Shown here in pieces: positions 27,928-37,172 of a DNA stretch of 48,595 nt; the stretch's first letter is position 1; each line of letters begins with the position of its first letter. The notes under the pieces were generated by a model that had not been told where the DNA came from, did no database searches, and saw only the letters and a list, made by a program, of their open reading frames with translations. The DNA is from Pirellulales bacterium (lineage in GTDB: Bacteria > Planctomycetota > Planctomycetia > Pirellulales > DASRSE01), in assembly GCA_035656655.1 (NCBI GenBank), contig DASRSE010000125.1, forward strand, positions 1-48,595. The letters are read 5' to 3'. Position numbers and translations under genes: made by a program.

Positions 27928-28743
27928 TCAAGGTTCGCCGCGTTCGCCGGGCGGCGCGGCGGTGGATGCGGAGTCGAAAGGCAAATCGCGGCCTGGACGG
28001 GCGGTTGAATGGTCGGTGGCGGCCGGCCCGCGCTCGATCTTTGCGCGGGCCGATAGTCGCGCAAAAAACTCGCGGATTCGATCCCAGACATCGCTTCCGC
28101 CCGAGAGCCCGCGCCAAAAGCTCCGCATGAGTCCCACGAGCTTGTAGCATTCGTCGATGGGCGTGATGAAATACTGCGGATCGGTAAACCCGCGCCCTGC
28201 CCCCAGCCGATTAACCAGCAAGGCTTCGACATCGGGACGAAGCGCGGCGAGCGCCGCGTTGTCATCCGCCAGGCTTTGCCACGCCTCCAGCGAGAGGAGC
28301 GATTCGGTCGCGCCCGCCGGGCTGGGATAAATGGCGACAATCCGCGCCGCCGGCACGCTGTGAAAGAAAAACGCCAGCCCAATCGGAATCTGCAAGGCGT
28401 CCCATTGGCTGTCCGTCAAACGAAAGTCGGGCAAGGCGCGGCTGTCTCGCGGCACGCGGCGATATTGAGTTCGCCCTTCGTCGTCGAACAGCAACGCGCA
28501 AGCATCGCAAACGCACACCAGCCGCCGCTCTTCCGGCTGAATCAGGTGCTGATGCTCGGAGGCCAGTCCGAGCGAACAGAGACCGCAGGTTTCCGTCGGC
28601 TTCTTGTCGAGGTTGCTCGTAAATGCCCGCAGCGCGGCCCAGGGACGCCGCGACGACGAGGGGGCGGCCTCGCCTGATGGCTCGTGGAGGCCGTCCGGCG
28701 CTTCCGGTAGCGCGATCTTGTCGAACCGATTCATTATTTCCAT
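27928..28743 (-). CDS. Cys-rich conserved protein of unknown function (possibly DUF5947-like) in the hydrogenase maturation operon
   Basis: 271 aa. Cysteine pattern ETCGLCSLG...RLVCVCDACALLF (CxxC-x22-CxCxxC). It starts 22 nt after the NifU-like gene stop. The family assignment is from memory only. Confidence 0.65.
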   Translation of the reverse strand: MEIMNRFDKIALPEAPDGLHEPSGEAAPSSSRRPWAALRAFTSNLDKKPTETCGLCSLGLASEHQHLIQPEERRLVCVCDACALLFDDEGRTQYRRVPRDSRALPDFRLTDSQWDALQIPIGLAFFFHSVPAARIVAIYPSPAGATESLLSLEAWQSLADDNAALAALRPDVEALLVNRLGAGRGFTDPQYFITPIDECYKLVGLMRSFWRGLSGGSDVWDRIREFFARLSARAKIERGPAATDHSTARPGRDLPFDSASTAAPPGERGEP

Positions 28744-28765
28744 TCCTCGCGACGGGCCGACCGTG

Positions 28766-29311
28766 CTACACCTTGATGCTTACCAATTCCAGCGGAACAA
28801 AGCCGGCCGGCTCGGGTTCGGCAACCACTCCCTCGACCTGTAAATCGTCAACGTCCGGCGCGAACTCGCAAATGGCCGACTCAATCGCGTTTTTCAAGGT
28901 TTGCGCAGAAGAGGGACACCCGTGGCAGCTTCCATTGAGGCGGAGACGGACATTGCGGTCGTCGATCGCCAGCAGTTCGACATTTCCTCCATGCGACTGC
29001 AGCATTGGACGCACCTTTTCGAGCGCGCGTTGCACGCGCGTCGGAAAGTCGACCGGATGCAGGCCGTGCAACAACAAGAGGCTCGACGCCAACGAGTCCA
29101 AGCTCAAGCGTTCCTCGACTGAGGTCCCGGTCGCAATCGCCTGAGCAACCAGTTCGAGCACGCGTTCCAGCCCCCCGCGATGCAATTCCAACAGCAAGGA
29201 GACCAGTTCGGCCGTCCGCGCTCGCGTCGCCGGGTCCGTGGTCGCCTCGATCTCTCCGATGGCCTGTTCAATTCGTTGCATGCGGGCGGGAAAATCGCGG
29301 TCATCCGGCAT
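28766..29311 (-). CDS. NifU/Nfu-domain iron-sulfur protein
   Basis: 181 aa. C-terminal Nfu motif HGGNVELLAIDDRNVRLRLNGSCHGCPSSAQTLK. Confidence 0.8.
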   Translation of the reverse strand: MPDDRDFPARMQRIEQAIGEIEATTDPATRARTAELVSLLLELHRGGLERVLELVAQAIATGTSVEERLSLDSLASSLLLLHGLHPVDFPTRVQRALEKVRPMLQSHGGNVELLAIDDRNVRLRLNGSCHGCPSSAQTLKNAIESAICEFAPDVDDLQVEGVVAEPEPAGFVPLELVSIKV

Positions 29312-29353
29312 GAGTAGCCTTTCCGACGAAAGAGAGCTTGAAGTTCGAGAGCG

Positions 29354-30118
29354 TTAAGAGGAGATCGCAGCCGCGGAAGGAGGCGGAACCGCCGCGGCAT
29401 CCTGAATCAGATCGGCAGATTCGGCTGCGCTGGTCGCCGGCTGCCGCCGCGCGGCGTCCAAAAACGCGCTCCGCCGGCTCTGCAAGAAGTTGTACCACTC
29501 GGTTAGGCCTTCGCCCGTTTTAGCCGAGACTTCAAGAACCGGCACTCCAGGCCGCACCGCCTGAATGTTTGCGAGCGCCTGTTCACGTTTGAATTCGACC
29601 GCCGTGGCCAGATCGATCTTGCTAATGACGACGACATCGACCGTGTTAATCAGTGTCGGGTATTTAAGCGGTTTGTCTTCGCCCTCCGTGACGGAAAACA
29701 GGAGCACGCGCAGCGCTTCGCCCAGGTCCCAACTGCTCGGACAGACGAGATTGCCCACGTTTTCGATGAACAGAAAATCATAATCGGTGAGTGACCAAGT
29801 CGCGAGGGCGTCGCGAACCATATCCGCTTCGAGATGGCACATCGTTCCGGTCAGGATCTGCCGGGCTGGCGCGCCGCTGGCGGAGAGCCGCACGGCATCA
29901 TTATCCGTAGCCAAGTCGCCGACGATCGCCGCGACGCGATGGGTTTTATGCAATGCGGCGAGCGTTTTCGTCAGCAACTCGGTCTTGCCTGAGCCGGGGC
30001 TGGAGACAAGGCTGGTGGAAAAAAGACCAGCGCGATCGAAGTCCGACCGGAGCGCGCGCGCGAGTTCATCGTTTTTTTTCAGGATTTTCGTTCGCAACTC
30101 AAGAATGCGCGGTTGCAT
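29354..30118 (-). CDS. hypB: Hydrogenase nickel-incorporation GTPase HypB
   Basis: 254 aa. P-loop SSPGSGKTELL, metal-binding CH motif GTMCHLEADMV, NKxD-like ISKIDL. There is no N-terminal His or Cys nickel-storage stretch. Confidence 0.92.
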   Translation of the reverse strand: MQPRILELRTKILKKNDELARALRSDFDRAGLFSTSLVSSPGSGKTELLTKTLAALHKTHRVAAIVGDLATDNDAVRLSASGAPARQILTGTMCHLEADMVRDALATWSLTDYDFLFIENVGNLVCPSSWDLGEALRVLLFSVTEGEDKPLKYPTLINTVDVVVISKIDLATAVEFKREQALANIQAVRPGVPVLEVSAKTGEGLTEWYNFLQSRRSAFLDAARRQPATSAAESADLIQDAAAVPPPSAAAISS

Positions 30119-30464
30119 GCGGCTCCAATTCTAATGAGACAAGGTCGAGTTCCAATCCAGTCAAGATTTTCGCGGCAGGCATTCCGCAGCGAGGACAAAT
30201 CTGAACATAAACGTCATTCAACTGCGACGCCTGTTCACAACGATCGCAAAAAATGCTGACTGGGATCACATTGATTTGCAACTTTGCCCCCGCGCAACAG
30301 GTTCCTTCCGCCGCCAACTCAAACGAAAACCAAAGCGATTCCTTAACGACGCCCGCCAAGGCGCCGATCTGAATGGTCAGGGTTTTGACCCGCGCCGCGC
30401 CTGCTTGGGCCGCGGTCTCCTCAACCAACTCGATCAAACTTTGCGCGATGGAAAGTTCGTGCAT
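30099..30464 (-). CDS. hypA: Hydrogenase nickel-insertion metallochaperone HypA
   Basis: 121 aa from the ATG at 30462-30464. MHE N-terminus and zinc site CDRC...CPRC. It overlaps the hypB start by 20 nt. The longer ORF reaching 30860 is not supported. Confidence 0.9.
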   Translation of the reverse strand: MHELSIAQSLIELVEETAAQAGAARVKTLTIQIGALAGVVKESLWFSFELAAEGTCCAGAKLQINVIPVSIFCDRCEQASQLNDVYVQICPRCGMPAAKILTGLELDLVSLELEPHATAHS

Positions 30465-30836
30465 TCTGGCTGTCTGCCCGGTATGTTGAGAGAGGCCGCG
30501 AACCTTTGAACGCGCAAATGATGATGGGCGGATGGTGAGTCCACCTCGCTCATCATAGGGCGATCTCGGTTTGAGGGGAAGCAAATGATATACCCGGAGA
30601 TTGGGGGCGAGTCGGCGGCGACAAGCGACGTGAGGGGCTTCAACCGGCAGCGTGGCGGAATGGGCTTTGCGTGCGCAACCAACTCGGCAAGCTGCGTCGC
30701 GGAGCGCGAGGGCGGTCGGTCTCACCGCATGCGGCGCGAGTCGCTTGCTGGGATCTCGCCGTTTAACCCGGTGGCCAGACATGCTTTCTTCTCCCGGATC
30801 GGCTTGAACTATTTCACCGCACCCGAGTAACTTCTG

Positions 30837-31247
30837 ATGTGTTTGGCAATTCCGGCGCAAATCACCGAACTACAACCGGACGAGTCGTGGGCACTCGTCA
30901 ACATCATGGGGGTTCGGCGGCGCGTCAACATCGATCTGCTCTTGGATGACCCGCCTGTGCTGAACGATTGGGTGCTGGTCCACGTGGGCTTTGCGATGAA
31001 CAAAATCAGCGCCGAGCGGGCGGCGGAGCAACTGAAAATGCTGGCGATTTTGGGCGAAGACACGGCCGCCGCCGACGAGGTCGGCGGCTATGATCTTGAG
31101 CCGCCCAACGAGGTTGGCGGCTATGATCTTGAGCCGCCCAACGAGGTCGGCGGATATAATTTTGAGCCGTCCGACGCGGTTCGCAGTAACACCGAGCCGT
31201 CCGAGGGACGGCCGCCGTACTCGCCCGAGGAGCCGCGCGACCGATGA
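30837..31247 (+). CDS. hypC: HypC/HybG/HupF-family hydrogenase assembly chaperone with a repeat-containing C-terminal extension
   Basis: MCLAIPAQI N-terminus (essential Cys2) and a HypC OB-fold core of about 75 aa, followed by about 60 extra residues. ATGA overlap with hypD. Confidence 0.88.
   Translation: MCLAIPAQITELQPDESWALVNIMGVRRRVNIDLLLDDPPVLNDWVLVHVGFAMNKISAERAAEQLKMLAILGEDTAAADEVGGYDLEPPNEVGGYDLEPPNEVGGYNFEPSDAVRSNTEPSEGRPPYSPEEPRDR
31074..31172 (+). repeat. Three tandem 33-bp repeats inside hypC, encoding (D/N)EVGGY(D/N)(L/F)EP(P/S)
   Basis: The units are 31074-31106, 31107-31139 and 31140-31172. The first two differ at three positions (the first codon, gac vs aac, and ggtc vs ggtt). 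A degenerate fourth unit follows to about 31202. Confidence 0.85.
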
Positions 31248-32368
31248 AATATGTCGATGAATTCCGCGACCCGGAACTGATTCGCAAAACCCTCGGCGAA
31301 ATCCGCGCCTTGGCTGATCCGCGCCAGCACTTTCGCTTCATGGAAGTCTGCGGCGGCCATACGCATGCGATCTTCCGCTTTGGGCTGAACGATTTGTTGC
31401 CCCCGAATGTCGAACTTATTCACGGGCCCGGCTGCCCGGTCTGCGTCTTGCCGATGGGGCGCATGGACGATGGGCTGGAGTTGGCCAACGATCCGAATGT
31501 GATCTTCACCGCCTTCGGCGACATGATGCGCGTGCCCGGCTCACAAGGCAGCCCGCTCGAGAGCAAAGCCCGCGGCGCGGATGTTCGAATCGTCTATTCG
31601 CCCTTGGATGCGATCAAAATTGCGCAGCAGAATCCCGCCCGCAAAGTGGTCTTTTTCGCGATCGGCTTTGAAACGACGGCCCCCTCGACGGCGGTTACCT
31701 TGCGCCGCGCGAAGCAGCTACGCCTCGACAATTTTTTCGTCTTCTGCAACCATGTGACGATTGTTCCGGCGATTCGCGCGATCCTCGACTCGCCCGATAT
31801 GCGGCTGAATGGGTTTATCGGGCCCGGGCACGTCTCCACGGTGATCGGCTGCCGGCCGTTTGAATTCATCGCGCGCGACTATCGTTGTCCGATCGCCGTG
31901 TCGGGATTCGAGCCGGCCGACATTCTCCAGTCCATTCTCATGATCTTGCGGCAACTGCGCCGCGGCGAAGCCAAGGTTGAAAACCAATATGACCGCGTGG
32001 TTCCGTGGGAAGGGAACTTGGCCGCGCTCCGGGCGCTGGCCGAAGTTTTTGAAGTCCGCCCGCACTTTGAATGGCGCGGACTGGGTTTCATCTCGCACTC
32101 GGCGCTAAAGATCAATGCCGCTTATGCCCCGTGGGACGCCGAGCAAGCGATGCCGATGCGGGGGATTTCGGTCGCCGATCCGAAGGCAGCGCAATGCGGC
32201 GAAGTCCTCAAGGGGGTCCTCAAGCCGCATCAGTGCAAGCTGTTTGGCAAAGAATGCACGCCGGAACGGCCGATTGGCGCGTTGATGGTCTCGGCCGAAG
32301 GGGCCTGCGCCGCGCACTTCAAATATGGCGTTCACGAACCGCCCTTGGTTTCCTTGTCGACGAATTGA
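31244..32368 (+). CDS. hypD: Hydrogenase maturation Fe-S protein HypD
   Basis: 374 aa. MKYVDEFRD N-terminus, CGGHTH, GPGCPVCV, and the C-terminal FeS Cys cluster. Confidence 0.93.
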   Translation: MKYVDEFRDPELIRKTLGEIRALADPRQHFRFMEVCGGHTHAIFRFGLNDLLPPNVELIHGPGCPVCVLPMGRMDDGLELANDPNVIFTAFGDMMRVPGSQGSPLESKARGADVRIVYSPLDAIKIAQQNPARKVVFFAIGFETTAPSTAVTLRRAKQLRLDNFFVFCNHVTIVPAIRAILDSPDMRLNGFIGPGHVSTVIGCRPFEFIARDYRCPIAVSGFEPADILQSILMILRQLRRGEAKVENQYDRVVPWEGNLAALRALAEVFEVRPHFEWRGLGFISHSALKINAAYAPWDAEQAMPMRGISVADPKAAQCGEVLKGVLKPHQCKLFGKECTPERPIGALMVSAEGACAAHFKYGVHEPPLVSLSTN

Positions 32369-32442
32369 CGGCGCGCCGCGGTCTTATCCCAGAGCGCCGC
32401 GCCGAGTTGCCTTACGAATCCGCATCTTGAGAAGCTCTGTTC

Positions 32443-33483
32443 ATGGCCACGGCTGCGCGACCTGTTGTATTTCACGACAAGCAAATTGCGATGGCGCATG
32501 GGGCCGGGGGCGAAGCCTCGCGGCGCCTAATCGAAGGTCTGATTCAACCGGCTTTTGCCAATCCGTTTTTGGACGGGCTGGCCGACGCGGCCGTGCTCGC
32601 GCCGCAGGCCGGCCGCTTGGCGCTCACGACCGATAGCTTTGTCGTCCAGCCGTTGCAGTTTCCTGGCGGCTCGATTGGCGAGCTCGCCGTCAACGGCACC
32701 GTGAACGATCTAGCGGTTTCCGGCGCGGCGCCAATCGCTTTATCCGCGGCGCTGATCTTGGAAGCCGGGTTGACCGCCGAAGTGCTCCGCCGCGAAATCG
32801 CCGCCATGGCCGCCGCCGCCGCGCGCGCCGGCGTGTCGATTGTCACCGGCGACACCAAAGTCGTTGAGCACGGCAAAGCGGACGGGATGTACATCACCAC
32901 GACTGGACTAGGCTTGCTCGATCCGCGCGCCGAGCTTCAGGTTCAACGCGTCGAGCCGGGTGATCGGATTTTCCTCTCGGGTCCCATCGGTAGTCACGGC
33001 ATGGCGGTGATGCTGGCCCGCGCCGAGCTCGACATTGAGGCCGACATTCGCTCCGACACCCGCCCGCTGGGCTGCTTCACCTCGGCTTTGCTCGAGGCGG
33101 CCGGCAGCGGGGTGCGCTGGATGCGGGATGCCACGCGTGGCGGTGTGGCCACGGTCTTGAACGAGTTGGCGCGCGACGCCGACCTGACGCTGGTTCTCGA
33201 AGAAGACGCGATTCCGGTCGAAGACGCCGTGCGCGGAGCGTGCGAGTTGCTGGGCCTCGATCCGTTGCAGGTGGCGAATGAGGGGCAATTCGTGGCGATC
33301 TTGGCGGCGGACGTTGCCGACGCCGCGCTGGCCGCCGTGCGCGGGATCGCTGGCGGCGAACGAGCTTGTCTCGTGGGCGAAGTTCGCCGCGACCGGTATT
33401 CGCGCGTGGTGGCGCATAGCGCCTACGGCGGCGCCCGCGTCATCGATATGCTGATCGGCGATCCGCTTCCTCGCATTTGCTGA
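32443..33483 (+). CDS. hypE: Hydrogenase maturation carbamoyl dehydratase HypE
   Basis: 346 aa. AIR-synthase-like fold and the invariant C-terminal PRIC. Confidence 0.93.
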   Translation: MATAARPVVFHDKQIAMAHGAGGEASRRLIEGLIQPAFANPFLDGLADAAVLAPQAGRLALTTDSFVVQPLQFPGGSIGELAVNGTVNDLAVSGAAPIALSAALILEAGLTAEVLRREIAAMAAAAARAGVSIVTGDTKVVEHGKADGMYITTTGLGLLDPRAELQVQRVEPGDRIFLSGPIGSHGMAVMLARAELDIEADIRSDTRPLGCFTSALLEAAGSGVRWMRDATRGGVATVLNELARDADLTLVLEEDAIPVEDAVRGACELLGLDPLQVANEGQFVAILAADVADAALAAVRGIAGGERACLVGEVRRDRYSRVVAHSAYGGARVIDMLIGDPLPRIC

Positions 33484-33497
33484 GCATCGCTCCCGTT

Positions 33498-34679
33498 ATG
33501 ACTGTTGCAATTCCGGCCGACTTGATCGAGTTCGCCAACGAGCAATTCGCGCGGCGCAATCGGCTGTCGCGCGAATTCATCCCGCTCCAGAGCGCCGCTT
33601 TGGCCGCGGTCTGCCGAGAAATGTCGATCCGATTTCAAGCCGGCGGGCGCCTTTTGGCTTGCGGCTTCGATGCTTACGTGAGCGACGCCCAGCATGTCTC
33701 GGTTGAGTTTGTCCATCCGGTGATTGTCGGCAAGCGGGCCCTCCCGGCGCTCGATTTGTCGCTCGCGCCGGCCGCCATGTTGTCCGCCTTGGCCGGTCCG
33801 GGCGATATCGCCATGGTGTTTGGGCCGCCCGGGTCCGATCCGCGGTGCGAGCAGTTGGCGAATTTGCTCCGCAGCCGTGGAACCCTTCTATTGCAATGGC
33901 CCGGTTCCCTCGGTGAGTCGCCCTTATCTGCGGCGACGGACGATCCATTCATTCATCAAGAGTTGACCGAGATCATGTACCACACGCTTTGGGAAACGGT
34001 CCATGTCTTTTTTGAACAGCAAGGACGGGGCGAGGATGTCGGCGCGGCGGCCTTTCTGTATCCGTTTCTGGGAGACGGAGAGAGTTCGCCGGAGGCGACC
34101 ATGGCCGACGTGGCCCGCTCGATTTGCCAAAAAGCGCGCGACGACGAAGCGCTGCGAAGCGCCTTTGTGCGCGACCAAGCGACCGCGCTTGCCGCCGCGG
34201 CCGGCGCCATTCATGAACGGATCACAGCCGGCGGCGCCATTCTGGCGTTCGGAAACGGCGGTTCGGCCACCGACGCGAACGATTTTGTCCTCGATTGCGT
34301 CGCGCCGCCGCCAGGCATCAAGCCGATCCCGGCCATTTCGCTCGCGCTCGAGCCGGCCAACCTCACGGCGATCGCCAACGACGTCGGCGTCGAGCTCATT
34401 TTTCTCCGGCAACTCATCGCGAATGGCCGAGCGGGCGATGTGTTGCTCGCCATTTCCACCAGCGGCAAGTCGAAGAATCTGGCGAACACGTTGCAAGAGG
34501 CGCGCCGCCGCGGACTGCTGACCGTGGCCCTGGTCGGCTATGACGGGGGCGATATCGCGCGCCAGGCGCTTGCCGACCACACGCTGATTGTCCACTGCGA
34601 CTACATTCCGCGCATTCAAGAGGTGCAGGCCTCGGTTTATCATGTGTTGTGCCGGCTGTTGTCGGCGCTCGATCGTTGA
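33498..34679 (+). CDS. Tandem SIS-domain (GmhA/phosphoheptose-isomerase-like) protein
   Basis: 393 aa. The C-terminal half is a canonical SIS domain (ILAFGNGGSATDANDF, DVLLAISTSGKSKNL, GLLTVALVGYDGG). The N-terminal half is a degenerate SIS-like copy. An alternative TTG start at 33477 would overlap the hypE stop. Confidence 0.75.
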   Translation: MTVAIPADLIEFANEQFARRNRLSREFIPLQSAALAAVCREMSIRFQAGGRLLACGFDAYVSDAQHVSVEFVHPVIVGKRALPALDLSLAPAAMLSALAGPGDIAMVFGPPGSDPRCEQLANLLRSRGTLLLQWPGSLGESPLSAATDDPFIHQELTEIMYHTLWETVHVFFEQQGRGEDVGAAAFLYPFLGDGESSPEATMADVARSICQKARDDEALRSAFVRDQATALAAAAGAIHERITAGGAILAFGNGGSATDANDFVLDCVAPPPGIKPIPAISLALEPANLTAIANDVGVELIFLRQLIANGRAGDVLLAISTSGKSKNLANTLQEARRRGLLTVALVGYDGGDIARQALADHTLIVHCDYIPRIQEVQASVYHVLCRLLSALDR

Positions 34680-34748
34680 TCATCCGATCGCAGGCTGAAC
34701 CAGGCCGCCGGGCGGGACCGCCGCAGCGGCGCAGGCGCGGCGACTTGG

Positions 34749-37067
34749 ATGCCGCGGCGCAACAGTCCAAATTCCGACGGCGACTCGATGACTCCTCTTC
34801 CTTCCACTGCGAACCTCTTGGCAAAGCAACTTGTGCTGCGCGGCATCGTGCAGGGAGTCGGCTTTCGGCCGTTCGTGTTTCGCTTGGCTCAAGAGGAGGC
34901 GATTTGCGGCTGGGTTTGCAACGGCGCGACCGGCGTCGAGATTCACGCCGAAGGGGCAGAGGAAAATCTAGAGCGGTTTGTCAGCCGTCTGCAGGCCCAA
35001 GCTCCGCCGGCCGCGCAGATCGCTCGCCTCGAGGTGCAACCGAGCGCGTGGCAAGCGTACCGTGATTTTCAGATCGTCGACAGCCAACAAGCGCCGGTCC
35101 CCACCGCGCGAATCTCGCCCGATCTGAACCTATGCGCCGATTGCCGCTGCGAATTGCTCGATCCGGCGGATCGCCGGTTTCAATATCCGTACATCAATTG
35201 CACCCATTGCGGACCGCGTTATTCGATCGTGCTGCGGCTCCCCTATGACCGCGGCGCGACGACGATGGCTTCTTGGCCCTTGTGCGAGCGGTGCCGCGCC
35301 GAATATGAAAATCCGGCCAACCGCCGCTTTCATGCGCAACCGGTCGCGTGCGCCGAATGCGGGCCAAATTATCGGCTCGAAAATGGCGGTGCAACTTTGG
35401 CGCAAGGCATGCGCGCGATCGAACAAGCTGCCGCCTTGCTCCGAACGGGCCAAATCGTCGCGATCAAGGGAATCGGTGGATACCACCTCGCGTGCGCCGC
35501 GGAGAACGCGGCGGCGGTTGCCGCGCTCCGCACCCGCAAGTTTCGCAAGGAAAAGCCCTTTGCGCTGCTGGCGCGCGATTTAGCGGTCGCCAGCGGACTC
35601 GTCGAAATCGGACCGGCCGAGCAAAGCCTGCTCGAATCGCCGGCGCGGCCGATTGTGCTCTTGTGGGCCAAGCGCGAATTGCTCGGCGTGGCGCCCGATC
35701 AAGATCGGCTCGGCATCATGTTGCCCTCATCGCCGCTTCACGAGCTGCTGTTCGCGGCCGGCGCACCCGCCGCGCTGGTCCTCACCAGCGGCAATCGCTC
35801 GAACGAGCCCATTGCGTATGAGGATGACGACGCCTTGCGGCGCTTGGCAGGCATCGCGGACGCGTTTCTGGTCGGCGAACGGCCGATCGCTCGGCGAGTT
35901 GACGATTCGGTCGCGATTGTCCGTCAAGGCCGGCCGGCGCTTTTACGCCGCGCCCGCGGCTACGCCCCCGGCGCCATCGTGACGTTGCCGGCCACCGAGC
36001 CAATCTTGGCGCTGGGAAGCGATTTGAAAAACACCATCGCCCTCGTGGTGGAGGGACAAGTTTTTGTCAGCCAACACTTGGGCGACTTGGGCGAGGCCGA
36101 CGCCAACCGCGCCTTTGCCGAAACGGTTTGCGATCTGATGGCGATGTATCGAGTCTCGCCCGACAAGGTCACCGTCGTCCACGATTTACACCCGCAATTT
36201 CACTCGACTCGCTTCGCCGAGCAATTTCGTCCCTCGGCCACGCATGCCGTCCAACACCATGTGGCGCATATCGCCAGCGTGCTGGCGGAGACCGAACTGC
36301 TTCACGAACGGGTGCTGGGAGTCGCCTTCGACGGCACGGGCTATGGCTTGGATGGAACGATCTGGGGCGGCGAGTTTTTCGCTGGCGATCTGACGGCGGG
36401 GTTCAATCGGATCGCCTCCATTCGCTCGGTGAAGATGCCAGGCGGAGACGCCGCGGCTCGCCTTCCGCTCCAGGCGGCGGCCGGCTTTCTCGCGGACGGC
36501 GATGCACTGGACCAATTCGGCGCTCGGCGGCTTGAATCGATCGGACTCGCAGGCCGCTTCACACACGCGCTGGCGCTGGTCCGGCGAAACGTTCGCTGCA
36601 TTGAATCGACTTCGGTGGGGCGCTTGTTCGATGCGGTCGCCGCGATTGCCGGATTTCAGCGCGAGATCTCGTTCGAAGGACAAGCGGCGATGTGGCTGGA
36701 GCATCAAGCGCGGCAGGTCGCGCCCCAAGCGGCCTACGCTTTTCCGCGGTTCGATCATCGGCCGCTGTTCGCGGCCAGCTTGCGCGATCGACTGGAGGGA
36801 CGCAGCGCGAGTGAAATCGCCAGCGCGTTTCATGCGGCCTTGGCCGCCGCCACCGCGGACGCCGTGCAGGAGTTGGCGGCGCAGCACGGCTGCGCGACGG
36901 TCGCCCTGTCAGGCGGCGTTTTTCAAAACGAACTCTTGTGCGAACAAATCAGCGCGCTCTTAGAGACGGCCTCCTTGCGGATTGTGTTCAATTCGCTCGT
37001 CCCGGCGAATGACGGCGGAATCGCGTTGGGGCAAGCCGCTCTGATGGCGCTCCGCCGCCGGCGGTGA
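34749..37067 (+). CDS. hypF: Carbamoyltransferase HypF
   Basis: Acylphosphatase domain VQGVGFRPFV, two CxxC-x18-CxxC zinc fingers, a YrdC-like domain and a Kae1-like domain. An alternative ATG lies at 34788. Confidence 0.93.
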   Translation: MPRRNSPNSDGDSMTPLPSTANLLAKQLVLRGIVQGVGFRPFVFRLAQEEAICGWVCNGATGVEIHAEGAEENLERFVSRLQAQAPPAAQIARLEVQPSAWQAYRDFQIVDSQQAPVPTARISPDLNLCADCRCELLDPADRRFQYPYINCTHCGPRYSIVLRLPYDRGATTMASWPLCERCRAEYENPANRRFHAQPVACAECGPNYRLENGGATLAQGMRAIEQAAALLRTGQIVAIKGIGGYHLACAAENAAAVAALRTRKFRKEKPFALLARDLAVASGLVEIGPAEQSLLESPARPIVLLWAKRELLGVAPDQDRLGIMLPSSPLHELLFAAGAPAALVLTSGNRSNEPIAYEDDDALRRLAGIADAFLVGERPIARRVDDSVAIVRQGRPALLRRARGYAPGAIVTLPATEPILALGSDLKNTIALVVEGQVFVSQHLGDLGEADANRAFAETVCDLMAMYRVSPDKVTVVHDLHPQFHSTRFAEQFRPSATHAVQHHVAHIASVLAETELLHERVLGVAFDGTGYGLDGTIWGGEFFAGDLTAGFNRIASIRSVKMPGGDAAARLPLQAAAGFLADGDALDQFGARRLESIGLAGRFTHALALVRRNVRCIESTSVGRLFDAVAAIAGFQREISFEGQAAMWLEHQARQVAPQAAYAFPRFDHRPLFAASLRDRLEGRSASEIASAFHAALAAATADAVQELAAQHGCATVALSGGVFQNELLCEQISALLETASLRIVFNSLVPANDGGIALGQAALMALRRRR

Positions 37068-37172
37068 GTGGCTCGCCACGCTGAACCGCGGGCGCGTGAA
37101 CCGGGCAACCGCGTGACACGGGCGCCGTCTGTAGCCGGCGCCGTCGGCAATGGGAATGTGGCCGACACGCTC

